64,000 bases of DNA from contig CDMY01000477.1 of assembly GCA_001179505.1 (NCBI GenBank), forward strand, positions 248,001 to 312,000. Reading direction: 5' to 3'. The number at the start of each line of letters is the position of its first letter. The first letter of the stretch is position 1. A model generated the notes under the pieces. That model was not told the DNA's origin. It saw only the letters and a list, made by a program, of their open reading frames with translations, and did not search any database. Of the stretch, positions 50,789-63,373 are shown in pieces. The stretch comes from Vitrella brassicaformis CCMP3155. Its lineage: Eukaryota; Protista; Chromerida. Both the position numbers and the translations under genes were made by a program.

Positions 50789-52586
50789 CTACCCGAATTT
50801 CTTGACGATCTGCAGCACGTCCTCGTCGTCCAACTTGTGACCTGTATACAGCATGACACGCACAGGTGACAGCACACGTGGTTAGCTATATCGTCAAGCC
50901 AAGTGCCGCCTGCTTGTCTACCTAACCTGCCCTTCTGCGTACACACATGACCTACCCGTGCCGACTCTCTGTGGATTGTGTTTGGTCGACCGGCCCCACA
51001 CGATGCCGTACTTGAGGTCCTTCATCAAATCCTACACACACACACACATTCATTCATGACGCGCCACGCCCGGGACACCACCACACACAGCCGCCCGCCT
51101 CTCTCTCTCGGTGTGTGCGTGTGTGTGCGTGCCCACCGCACCCTGTGTATCATCTTGATGGCGTTCTCGACTGTCCCATCACCTGCAGAGGTGCAGGCGT
51201 CATCGATACATGCATTCACACACACAGGTAGGTAGGTCTTACCTACCTCGCTGTGGTGTCAGAACTATGGGCTCAGAAAAGTCAGGAAACTGACCTGCAG
51301 GGCAGGGCAGGGCAGGGCATGCACACAACCAAAACTGCGCTGGCGTGCGGCTGGCTGAAGTTGATTGACGTGGTTTGTTTGCGGTGGGTGACTCCGACCG
51401 CACCTCTCTTTTTGGTGTACACCCTGACGAGCTCGAGGTCGTTCCAGAGGCACTCGAGCAGCGTGTCGAGGTTCCAATTCTTGTGGCATGACACAACCAC
51501 TGTGTGCGGCCTGGTGGACACACAGATGGGTGGGTGGACAAAGCCATGGACGGACGGACGGATGGATGGACGGATGGACGGATGGACGTGTGTCGCGTGG
51601 TGCGGTGGCGTGTACTTTCTGGCGAGTTCGTCGACTTGTTCGAGTGTGAGGCAGTCGATCTTGTTGTAGACGTACAGACACTTGACGTACTTGCGGTTGC
51701 CCTCTATCACGTCAATCAGGTCATCAGCCTTCACACACACACAACACACATGTCCAGTTCACCCCTGTCTGTCTGTCTGTCTGTCTGTCTGCGTGTGTGT
51801 GAGTGTGTGTGTGCGGGGTCTTTGCCGGCCGACCGTACCGTGGAGTCTTCGCGTATGACGACGTCACAGTTGAATATCTTGTACTCATGCAGCACCAGCT
51901 GCACCGTCTTGCTGTCAAGCTGACGGACACACACCAACACACATACACACGAGAGTGCCGTTGCAGTCATCGTGTCGATCGTACTCGTGTGAGCGGCACG
52001 ACGGCGTTGAAGTGAATCCCGCCGGTCTTCTTGGGACGAAAGTATATCTAAGTGGACACACATTAGCACGCACAGACACATGAGAGACCCTCGCCCCCTC
52101 TCCTCTCCCGTGCTGGTGTGATTCAATGCATCCATACGTTTGGCGGCCGCCTGTTCAGCCGAATGCCCACAGCCTCAAGCTCACTGACAGACCAGCAAAC
52201 ACACACACACAGACCACACACACAACATACCGAACATACATATTCCATCCATCCATCCAGCCATCCTCCCTCACACACGCATACACGCACACACGTACGC
52301 CTCCAATCTCTGCCGCTGGCTGTCGTCCTTGGTCGCGTCGAGCACCATGAGCACCAGGTCGGCCGACTTGCCCACGGCAATGACCTGCCGGCCTCTCCCG
52401 CGCCCCTCTGCGGCGCCCTCGATGATACCCGGCAGGTCGAGCAGCTGGATCTTGGCACCGTTGTGGTAGATGACGCCCGGGATGCACGTGAGCGTCGTGA
52501 ACTCGTAGGCAGCCGCCTCGGACTCGGTGCCCGTCAGCCTGCTCAGCAAGGTACTCTTGCCCACCTGCACACGCACATGGGCCTCG

Positions 52587-52630
<44 letters not shown>

Positions 52631-53177
52631 TGTGTGTGTCTGTGTCTGTGTGTGTCTGTTTTTGTTTACCGATGGGAATCCGATGAGTGCGACCCGCGCG
52701 TCGCCATATCTGCCGACGTCGAAGCCCTCACCTTTGCCACCGCCCTTTGACGAAGGCTCCAGCAACTGCGACCTGCAACACACAAGCCAGGCGCACAGAC
52801 CAACGAACAGACAGTGCAAGGGAGGGCGAGGGTGCGCGCACCTCAGCTTCGCCAGCTGGGCCTTGAGCCTTCCCAGATGCCCCTACACGCGCACACAACG
52901 TTGCATAGCAAGCAGGAAGATGAGAAAGATGGCTGGCTGCATCCGTGGCGCCGGCAGATCTATCTGGTGGGTGTGTTTGCGTCCGACACACACATCCCAC
53001 TCCCCCACCTCGGTGGCTTTGTTCTTCTGCGTCCTCGCCATCTCGGCCTCTATCTCCTTGATCCTCTGGTGGCAGAGAGCACACCACGGACACACAAACG
53101 ATAGCCAGATGAACAGAAAGATGAATCAATGACTCAGGTTTGCCACTGCTGTAGATAGATACCTCCAGAATGCCCAT
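50789..53177 (-). CDS. DRG2: Developmentally regulated GTP-binding protein 2
   Basis: MGILE|[30 protein letters not shown]|[36 protein letters not shown] domain ending [12 protein letters not shown]. Confidence 0.96.
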
Positions 53178-53561
53178 CTTGCCAAAACAACAAAAGCACA
53201 CAGAAGCAGCAGCGGTTTCAGGGAGCACCCAGAAGCAGAGAGAGCGGTTTCCCCAGAAGCAGCAGCAGCAGCAGGGGTGAGTTTGCGAGCTCAGAGTGAG
53301 GGAGCGATCTCTCGCAGCATTCGGCGGAAAGGCCAAAGTTCCTTACCTAGGCATCGACTCAGAAGCGGTAGATCTCTCATTTCGATTGCCGATTTTCCAC
53401 GCCGACTTCAGGCGCTGAAGTAAGATCAGGGAGGGTGAGAAGTTGAGCAGTGAAGCATCCATCCGTCCCAAAATGACATACATCATGACGCTGCTCCTTC
53501 TCTCTCTGTGTTTCTGTTGCCCGGCAGCATCAATCAATTGCCTCCTACCCGCAATTGATTA

Positions 53562-54801
53562 ATGGCATCCTCCTCGTGGCTGCTGGTGATTCTCGCCGTC
53601 TTGGCTCCCGTGATGATGGGCGCGGCTGGCCGGCACGGGTAGGGTACCGTCACGATAGACGCGTACATGCGCAGACAGACAGACATGCGAACGCACCGCA
53701 GACGCTGCCCATATGTGTGTGGTGTGGTGTTGCTTGGTGTTGCGTTGTGTGTGTTTTGGTTTGTGACATTCAGTGGGCCTGATCCGTCGCCTGTTCCGGC
53801 CGAGCCGGCCTTCGCATGGTCGCTAGTCTTCGCACAGGTGACGAACGAACGAACGAGGCAGCTGTCTGTACACACACAGACAGACAGACGCACAGCGTGG
53901 TGGGCCTCTTCTGTATATCGCGATGTGCCGCATTATTTGCTGCATTCGTTTGGCAGGAGTTCTATGAGGAGTTCATCTACGGGCCGTTCGTGCAGACCAC
54001 GGTAAGTGCAAGTGCGCATGATTGATGCACTGCACTGCACTTGTCACTGGGCTACGCTACGCTACGTCTGTCTGTCTGTCTATCTATCTGTCCATCTCTC
54101 TCTGTGCGTGCGGCTGCTTCTGTCAGACGGGCGTGTACACCTACGGTAGGTATAACGCACAGACAGAGACTCACACAGAGGGGACCACATGGGTGGACCA
54201 TACCTGTGTGTGTGTGTCCTGTGTGTGTGTGTGTCTGCAGACTGGCATTCCCGCCGATATCGCGTCGATCGGGCCAATGGCAGATTTGACCGATACTGCG
54301 GTGGGCGCACAGACAGACAGACAGACAGATGGATGGATGGATGGATTGACACCCACACCGTGTGTGTATGTGTTGCGTACCTGGCGGCCTTGCGCAGGTC
54401 CCAACGGCCACAAGATCTTCGAAGACACCCCATGCTCGCAGCTGGTGGTACGCACCTGAGCAACCGGCCATATGTGTGTCGTGCAGCCGATGGATGGCTG
54501 GCTGGATGGATGGATTCGTTCAGGTGAACGGGACGCGGTACATGCTGTACACTGACAAGCGCGAGTGCTGCATGTGCTGCGACGACCAACACGGCTGCGG
54601 CATCCTCAAACCCACCTGGGCCGAACAAGCCAAATACGTACGGACGCGCGTAGCTACTACGCAGACCCACCCCTACACGTACGTCGTGTGTGTGTGTGTG
54701 TGTGTGTGCAGGCGGGAGAGGCCCCCTATGTGCTGAGAAACGGTATGCACACACACACACACACACACACGCACCTGTGGACATATATATATATTGTGGA
54801 C

Positions 54802-54845
<44 letters not shown>

Positions 54846-55304
54846 CTGTGTGCCTGGGTCCATGGCATAGGTACGACCATCCAGGCCCACTCGTGGGTGG
54901 TCAAGGGCAACCAGGACAACGTCGTGTACGAGGCCCTCGACGGCACACTCCTCGAAATCTTCCAAAAGCCAAACGACAGACAGGTAGCTGAGCTGAGCTG
55001 CATGCGCTGTCACACAAATGGATGGGTGGATGGATGGATGGATGTCATGTGTGTGGGTGAATCGGTGCAGGTGTTCGACCCCTCTTCACTGACGCACAAG
55101 CTGGACAAGTCGGTGTTGGAGCTGCCCGACTGGTGCGACCCCACCAAGCCGTGCGACACCTTGAGCACCTGCACGGCCGTCCAGCACGCGCCGATCTTCT
55201 CTCTGATGGACTTCATCTGGCCGCACAAACAGCAGCAGCACACCAGCCCCAGCAGCCCCAGCAGCAGCTGCGCAAGCAAGAACAGGCCATCTTTGCCTAG
55301 CTGA
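53562..55304 (+). CDS. Secreted cysteine-rich protein (possibly ependymin/EPDR-like)
   Basis: Signal peptide MASSSWLLVILAVLAPVMMG; spliced frame GVYTYDWHSRRYRVDRANGRFDRYCG..RYMLYTDKRECCMCC..GCGILKPTW..ELPDWC; includes a 19-nt micro-exon at 54127-54145. Confidence 0.7.
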
Positions 55305-55842
55305 GTTGAGAGAGAGACACAGAGAGACCAGACAGGCAGGCAGACAGACAGACAGGCACACAGCACACAGGCGTCAAGCGTCCCGCGGTGTTTTTGGTTT
55401 TGGTGACATTGGTTTCTTCCGTCCGTCATGATTCTCTCGTGTGTGTATGTCAGCAGTAGTTGTGTCTGTCTGGTGTGTTTGGTGTGTGAGAGTGCGCGTG
55501 AGGCTGTGAATGCCAACAAACATGGCTGCCTGCCCTGTATGCCTTCTTATATATTTGTGTGGCTTGGTGCTTTTGTCCGTGTGTGGTGTGTGGTGGCTGT
55601 CTGCCCGTCTGGGTGTGTGTCTGCCTGTGTGTGGTGCTGTGGGTCTTTTTCCGTCCATCCATCCGTCAGTGTGTGGAGCTTTCCCGCCCACCCTCCCGCC
55701 CACAATCGATGCTGCCCAAGACCTACCTGAGACGCACTTTCTCTGGCTGCTAAGACATGCATTCAATCGTGACACCGTTAATTAATTCAACAACTATGTC
55801 TTCCAAGTGCACTGATAGATGTGTATCAACACACTACTCAAG

Positions 55843-58025
55843 CTAAAGGCTCTGCGGGGGAATGAGTCCATGCATGTGCAGCTGCACCGTCAGCTGTCTA
55901 CTGACGTGGCCGTCGGCCAGCACCACCTCGCTGCCCATGACGCGCTCGCACTCACACGAGCTGCGGCACTGGTCGTTGGGCACCGGCAGCGCCATCAGCT
56001 CCTGGATGTCAGCCGGATACTCGAGATCCATCGCGTCGAGCTCGGCTCTGCACATCACATGGACACACTGACTGAGTGGCGTCTTTGGTATGTGTGTATG
56101 TGTGTGGCATACATACTGACATGATGCCTCTGAGTTGGCCTTCAGTGATGCTGAAGTAGTGCGCCAAGGGGACCCGCAGGTAGGTCGTCTCGGAGGTGTC
56201 GCAGCTGCCTCCGTCCGTCAGATACTCGAGCAGCTGAATGAATGACACACACATACAGAGAAAACATACAGAAAGGTAAAATAAGTGGACCGTCTGTGTG
56301 TGCCTTCGTATCGTACGTTGTGTCGAAAGAGGTCGGTGAACCGGAGAGCCTCTTCGATGAGTTCCTCGCCAATGACCTCGGCAGCGCACCCTCTCTGAGC
56401 CACAATCAATCAATCAGCCACAATGAGCTCACATATGCTATGCGCTGAGGGCCAGCCAGCCAAGATGAAGCCACTCACCCACCTCGGTGGCTTTGTCGAC
56501 ACACGACTGTCGCACACCGCTGGAGATGTGGTCATTGTTGATGTGATAAACGATAGTCTCCCGCCACCGAGACCGAAACAATACCTACACACGGACAGAC
56601 AGACAGACATACCTGCAGCCAGGTTCCATCCCTCCTCACCTTTGCTGGGTCGTTGTGCAGTAGGGAAGAAAACGCGCAATCGACGCCACGGTCGAAGATG
56701 CCGATGGCCGCCTGCTGGCCGAACAGCTTCTCACACGCGCGGAAGACGGCGTCGCGGCAAACCACCATCGGATGCGGCATCACGTACCAAAAGCATCTCC
56801 GGGGGATGTTTTGGGTGATATGCTTGGTACTGGTGGCAAATTTCTGAAACCATCGACACACACGCAGTCTCCCTCCTCAGCCCGGCACCTTGCGACATAC
56901 CATCCAAAATAGGACGTCCCAAGGTCCTGTTGTGGTAAGGAAGATGAAGTCAGGAATCACCCTCGCACCATGCCGAGAGTTGCCGAGCTCCAGCATGTCG
57001 TCGACGACCTTTTTGAGCAGCAGCTGGCAGTTGAAGATAATGCCCATCTTTGACTCTTCGGAGAGAGGCGGTGCCGAGACATTGCCGATTCCCAGGGCTA
57101 TGTTGCCCTTGAACGCGGCGATGCAGGTCACCATGTTGTTGATTCCTGGGTCGACCATGGAGAAGGGCGCAACACGGAAGGTCAGATAGCTGCGGAAGGG
57201 ACCACCAAGGCGTCACATCCAAAAGACCACACCCCACACGTCATTCATACATGCATCAAACAAGACAGCGGCGCTCATACGTATTCTTCTTTCTTTGCTT
57301 ACTGTACCTGACCGCTTTTTGTGGATCACCTTGCCCCGCCGCGCCGGCCACGGGAGTGCGCCTTCGTGAAGGTTTGCTGGCGCTGTGAAGCTCAAGCCTC
57401 ATGTGGCGATATGAAGACAGCGCGGCGCACCCACTTTCGACAGTCATGCGAACGATCTTGCCCGGCTGGGCGGCTAGCGGCTCCACGATCTGGTCCATGC
57501 CGTTCTGACGCACCTCCTCGAAGATCTCAGCCTCCTGCGCGCGCACACACTCACGGGCATAAGAGTATCTAGAGGCTGCCATCAAGTAGACCTGACCCTG
57601 GCCCGCTGGATGAGGAGGTAGTGGTCCTCCGGCATGTAGCCCATGGCGTACTTGATGACCTTGGCGTTGTGATAGAGCTCACCAGCTGACTCGTAGAGGC
57701 GACCGAGGTACCGGCACTCAGACCTGTCACAGAAACAAAAGAAAGTGCACACAGCACGATGAAAATGCATCCGTCGTGGTGCATACTTAGCTGACTGACT
57801 CACTTATGCTTCTCCTTCCAATGACTCCTCTGGCACTCCTTGCCACAGTATTGCAAAACTTTGCATTGCGTGCAGCTGCCGAGTGACGCGTCGTTTTTGC
57901 CGCACCTGGCGCAACGGTCTGCCGGGATCCGGCCGCCAGCTGCGCGGACTCTCAGCTCCTACGACTGGCCGGATGTGAATGGCAGCGACTGCATGGGATG
58001 CCGAGTCACTAAAACTGGCGATCAA
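55843..58025 (-). CDS. Hypothetical spliced protein, no recognisable family
   Basis: Protein-like ORF blocks bounded by GT-AG (e.g. EELIEEALRFTDLFRHN, LLEYLTDGGSCD, KKVVDDMLELG); joins not fully resolved. Confidence 0.35.
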
Positions 58026-58216
58026 CGCAAGGATCTTGGCCGCGGATGCTCAAGGGAAGCCTCAGGCAGGTGCTTCGGTCCTCTTTATCCTCTTTCTCCT
58101 CTCCCAGCAAGCTCGCAGTTCTCTCCCTAAGACATTTCGTGAAACTGCTCGTCGCTCTGAGGTGAATGACGGATGGTGGCGAAGGAGCAAGTGCCGGAGC
58201 AAAGGAAGTCGATTCG

Positions 58217-60465
58217 ATGAGTCACAACAGCAGTGAGGGGCGCCTGCCGCTCTACATCCACAGTGGAGCATGCAACGTAGGCAGCCACACGAGGAGAGAT
58301 GGGCGCTGTCAGGTGTGTACGCTTCGGTCTCTCTCTCTCTCTGTGTGTGTGTATGTGTGTGTGTGGTTGGTGCATGGCTGCAGTATCGTCACGATTTGGT
58401 GGAGCGGTGCTTCAGCAAGAGGGCGTCGCAGATGCTGAGAGCCCCGCCTGACATGAGGCCATCGGACCCTGATGTGAAGCTGCAATGGGCCGAATACGAA
58501 TGTGCGTGTGCGCACAAGAACACGGGCAACCATATCATGTATGTGGGTGTTTTTCTGAACGTGTGTGCGGATGGATGGATGGATGTGTGCAGTGATCTGT
58601 TGGGAGCGTGTGTTGAAGGGGGAGCTCGTGTGCAACGCCTACCCCCTGCGCAAGAACCTCATCCGCAAGGCAAACCTCGCAAGATGCCTCAACAAATACA
58701 TCAGCAAGACCCCCAAGAGCCCGTTGGCTCGGTAGCCCCCCCCCCCCCCCCCCCNNNNNNNNNNNNNNNNNNNNNNNNNNNNNNNNNNNNNNNNNNNNNN
58801 NNNNNNNNNNNNNNNNNNNNNNNNNNNNNNNNNNNNNNNNNNNNNNNNNNNNNNNNNNNNNNNNNNNNNNNNNNNNNNNNNNNNNNNNNNNNNNNNNNNN
58901 NNNNNNNNNNNNNNNNNNNNNNNNNNNNNNNNNNNNNNNNNNNNNNNNNNNNNNNNNNNNNNNNNNNNNNNNNNNNNNNNNNNNNNNNNNNNNNNNNNNN
59001 NNNNNNNNNNNNNNNNNNNNNNNNNNNNNNNNNNNNNNNNNNNNNNNNNNNNNNCCCCCCCCCCCCCCCCCCAAACACACACACACACACGTGTCCCTTC
59101 ATATATCAACAACTTGTGTGTGTATCGTATCATCTTTCTGTTCGTCTTGTCTCCTGTGCAGTGCTGTGCCTGAGTCGGTGATCATTTCGATGGATGATGA
59201 CCCGTCACTGCTGCACTGGTCGCTGGCCGACGCGCGTGATGCCATGGAAAGGCCATTCGCAGCCGAGGGGGGCATGTTTGCGGCGAACCGGTGGATCCTG
59301 AAGCCATCCATGCTCGACAGGGCCGAGGAGGTGCGCACCGCACACGGCGTGGTGTGGTCAATATATGTGTGTGTTGTCTCGCGTTCGGTCAGCTGACGAT
59401 TCTCTCGTCGTATGACGAGTTGACCGACATCGTCCAGGCGAACCCAGAGATACAAGAATGGGTCCTGCAGCGGTGAGTGTGTGTATTGTGCGCGCCAAAA
59501 CACACACACGCACTGACTGATGATCCAGACATACCATGTGTGTCCCTTTTTTACACACAGGTATCTGGATCACCCTTTGCTGATCCAGCACGGCCGTAAG
59601 TTCCATCTTCGCGCGTATGTGGTGGCCGTCGGCAGCCTGCACGTGTGGGTTCTGGACGAGCTGCTGGCACACGTGGCCGCCAGACCTTACCCAATGCACG
59701 ACCTCACACAATTGGGGCTCCTCGGTCAGTCACAAACACACACACACACGGAGAGAGAGAGAGATGGATGAATAGATGGATGGATGTGCATTGGGGTGGC
59801 TGTCAGGGCACATAACGAATTTGGCATACGGCGAGCGAGACCCACTCGGGTATGACGTCACGAGGCACATGCGGCCCTTCTTCGACGACTGCATGAGGCA
59901 CAAAGAGATCCGCCCAGAGGCAGCTCAAGCCGTATTTGACCGGTACATATCTTTCCCTCTCTGGCGCACACACGCCACATGGATGGATGGATGGATGAAT
60001 GGATGGATGGATGAATGGCAGGATCAAGGCTCTCGTCGCCGAGACCTTTCGCGCCGTCCGTGGCGAGTTCCTGGGCTTCACGGCCCTCCCCAACTGCTTC
60101 GAGCTCTTCGCATTCGACTTCCTCGTCGACACACAGCACCAGCCATACCTACTGGGTGGGTACTCACACACACACAACACACACATGTACGGGAGCTGAT
60201 GTCCGTCTGTGTCATCCACCTATCTATCTGTGTGTGGTGTGCAGAGGTGAATGCCTGGCCGGATGTGACAGTGACGGGCCCGCATGTGCGTGGGATGGTT
60301 GCCGACCTCACCGAGGGAATCTTCCGTGTGGCCGTCGACCGGCTGCTTGGCGGCGGCGGCATCAGTCTTGGTGAGGGTTGCGTGGTGGGGAAGCTGCACT
60401 GCGTGCTGAGTGACAGCGGGCCGCAATGGGGGGCGCCGAACATGGCATTTGTCGATACCGACTGA
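58217..60465 (+). CDS. Tubulin-tyrosine ligase family (TTL/TTLL) ATP-grasp protein
   Basis: WILKPSM, EWVLQR|YLDHPLL..GRKFHLRAYV, HITN, NCFELFAFDFLVD..YLL|EVNAWP; interrupted by a gap; start uncertain. Confidence 0.88.
58755..59054. other. Assembly gap (300 N) flanked by poly-C
   Basis: N run. Confidence 0.99.
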
Positions 60466-60655
60466 CGATTGAATGCCAGATGTCTGTCGAGTACACTCAC
60501 TGACGCTACAGCAGCGGTGTTGAAATGTCAACACGTCAGCACGACAAGCACACACACTCTCGCACATTCATGCAGCCAACAGATATCTCTCTCTGATCTC
60601 TCGTCACAGTCAGTCATCACGCGCATCGCACGTGCCCACAGGCCACCAGAGGCAA

Positions 60656-61149
60656 TCACTTCTTGATCTCTCTGTGCAGCGTGTGTTTCTTCATGAACTT
60701 GTTGTACTTCATCAGCTCCAGCCTGTCGGGCGTGTTGCGCTTGTTCTTCTCCATGGTGTAACGAGAAGGGGGCACCCCCGCCTGCTTGGCCTCTGGAATA
60801 CACACATCATCACACCCAGCACACCACACCACGCCACGCCATATGAGATCTCATCTCATCTCATCTCTCAGTTCGCACCGTCCTCACACGGCCACCCACC
60901 AGTGCATTCAATCGTGATGTACACTCTCGCGCCTTTCTTCTTCATGGCGAGGTCCATTCTTCGCTGCTGCTGGTGATGGTGGTGGTGCTGCTGCTGCAGA
61001 TGGGGATCTGCCCGCCTGACACGTGCCGTGAAGCTGCTGCTGCCGCTGCCGACAGAGAGGGGGGGTTGGAAAGCTGATGTTGACGCATCGCTGGCAGATG
61101 CGGCCACAGCCAGTGATGATAAAGCACACAGAATGGACGGCACCTTCAT
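60656..61149 (-). CDS. rpl33: Plastid ribosomal protein L33, nuclear-encoded with bipartite targeting sequence
   Basis: Signal peptide [19 protein letters not shown], then STSAFQPP; mature [14 protein letters not shown]|[45 protein letters not shown]. Confidence 0.92.
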
Positions 61150-61320
61150 CTCCTCGCTCCTCCCAGGTTGCGAGCTATTTGAAAAAAGCTCGCACCTTGG
61201 GGCACAAGAAGTTTCTCGTGTTTGCCATCTCTGCATTCCATACTGCCCCGCGATTCCACCGTAGGGGCCCTTTCAGTGCAGTGCCCGCACGTTTGCTCCG
61301 CTATAATTGCCTTGTACAGA

Positions 61321-62514
61321 ATGAGGGGCGTTTCGAATCGCCTCTGTGAATCGTGGAATGAGAACGACTGGTGGGACGGCGGCACTGCAAAATTCAACAA
61401 GAGCAGTGCCGAGATGAGCAACGGTGAGTTTTCTGGAGAGGAACCAACAAGGCAACAGAGTGTGCATGCTCTTCTATATCTGCAGTGCGTGAGGTGTCTG
61501 CCGAGGGCCCGCCGCACACACGTGCGAAAGCTGCCGCCGCCGAAAGCGGTGGCAAGGGGGCCAGGGAGAGGAAACACAGCGAGGTGACGGCCACCGCCAG
61601 CAAAATCGGTTGGATCATATAGAGGCGAGAGACCCCTAGCTAGCGGGAGGACTGCGGACTGGTTGGCCTTATCTTGTCTGCAGCTAATGTCAACGTCACA
61701 TCAAAGCACCCATCGCATGCCAGCCGTCCCAACAACGAGTAAGCTCACAGCAATGAATCCACAGAAGCATTCATTCATCAATTCTCGTATTGTCTGGTCC
61801 TCAGTCTGTCTCCGAAGCGCCATGCTGTGGCCACCAAGGCCTCCCCCCGCCCCTCTCTCCCCAAACCCCGCCCCTCGGCCCCCTCCTCCCACCACGACGA
61901 CGGCCAGAGAATGGCTACTGTGCTGCAGCCTGTCTATGGTGGTCGGAGTGGGGCGATCCCGGAGAGGGGCATCATGCGCAAGGACAACGTGGTGAAGAAC
62001 ATTCGTGAGAAGAACGATCGTTCAAGAGGTGATAGGAGAGCTCGCGACATAGATTTGTCATTGGCACCAATGCATGTCGGTCTCATATGTGTCTGCAGGC
62101 CAGAGTGCGTTGGCCGCACCGGTCCCTGCTGGGGAGGATAGTGGGAGCAAGAAGACGACGGAGACGCACAATGCCGAGACGAACATCGGTGAGTGGAGAG
62201 CTCGCGACATAGATTTGTCATTGGCATGAATGCATGTCGTTCTCATATGTGTCTGCAGGCCAGAGTGCGTTGGCCGCACCGGTCCCTGCTGGGGAGGATA
62301 GTGGGAGCAAGAAGACGACGGAGACGCACAATGCCGAGACGAACATCGGTGAGTTAGTTAGTTCTGGAGAGGAACCAACAAGGCAACGGAGTGTGCATGC
62401 TCCTCTATTTGTGCAGTGCGTGAGGTGTCTTCGCACACACGTGTGAAAGCTGCTGCCCTCGGTCCGTGTTCAGGGCCCGAGTTACTCGAGGGCTCCATGT
62501 ATCATTGTTCTTGA
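61321..62514 (+). CDS. Hypothetical low-complexity protein built from duplicated intron-exon modules
   Basis: GT-AG introns 61424-61485, 62029-62098, 62189-62258, 62349-62416 maintain one frame; one middle donor is weak. Confidence 0.45.
62035..62354 (+). repeat. Tandem duplication, 160-bp period (70-nt intron + 90-nt exon)
   Basis: ggagagctcgcgacatagatttgtcattggca...gagacgaacatcggtgagt occurs twice. Confidence 0.95.
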
Positions 62515-63373
62515 CTATCGCTGCCTACATTTTATATTTGGCAGCAGCTTGACGTTTTTGATCGCAATGAGCAGCCCCTGCGCTTTCTGCACTGACTGTG
62601 ACTGTCAGTGTGCTTTCATCGACTGTCTGTGACTGTCAGGGTTGAATTGATGGATGGATGGATGGATGGTGCGTCATTGATTCATTCATTAAACGCTCAG
62701 TTGTTTGGGGTGGCTGGGCTGCATGGCATGTGTCGACTGTTTGACGTGACGAGTCGGTTGTGCAACAGCCAGCCGGGCCCATTCATCCTTTGTACGCACC
62801 ACTGTCTTGATCATTCCCTCGTGGCACACACACAGACCACCAAGTGCCAGCCACTCACGATTGATTAGACACACACACGGGGAAAAACTGCCTGCAGGCC
62901 ACGTGTTGCGTAGCACAATAGAGGCAGAGAGAGAGAGAGAGAATTCTGCTTAGGTGCAGGATCACCGTAAGTAGCCATAAACTGAACGGACCATTACACA
63001 CACACACACAACTACTAAGTGTGCAGTACGCAACACCCCCAATCCAATCGAATTATCTAGCGCACACACAGGAGACCCACGTGCAGCACACAAGTGACGT
63101 GACATGACACACTTTGTGTGTGTGCGACAAACACAAGTGGACAGACAGACAGGCCACAGGGCCAGTCGAGAAACAGATACACATAAATAAGGATATGGAG
63201 AGGCAGGTACACCCAGACAGACAGACACAGCGGCCCTACTCGTTTATCTGTGGTATCAATCAGCCCAGCTGAGCCTCCAGGCTGTGTGAAATACAACACA
63301 ACACAACACACACATCAGCACACACACACAGAAAGAGTGAGTGAGACACACGATGGTTCCATCCGTCAGTAGA

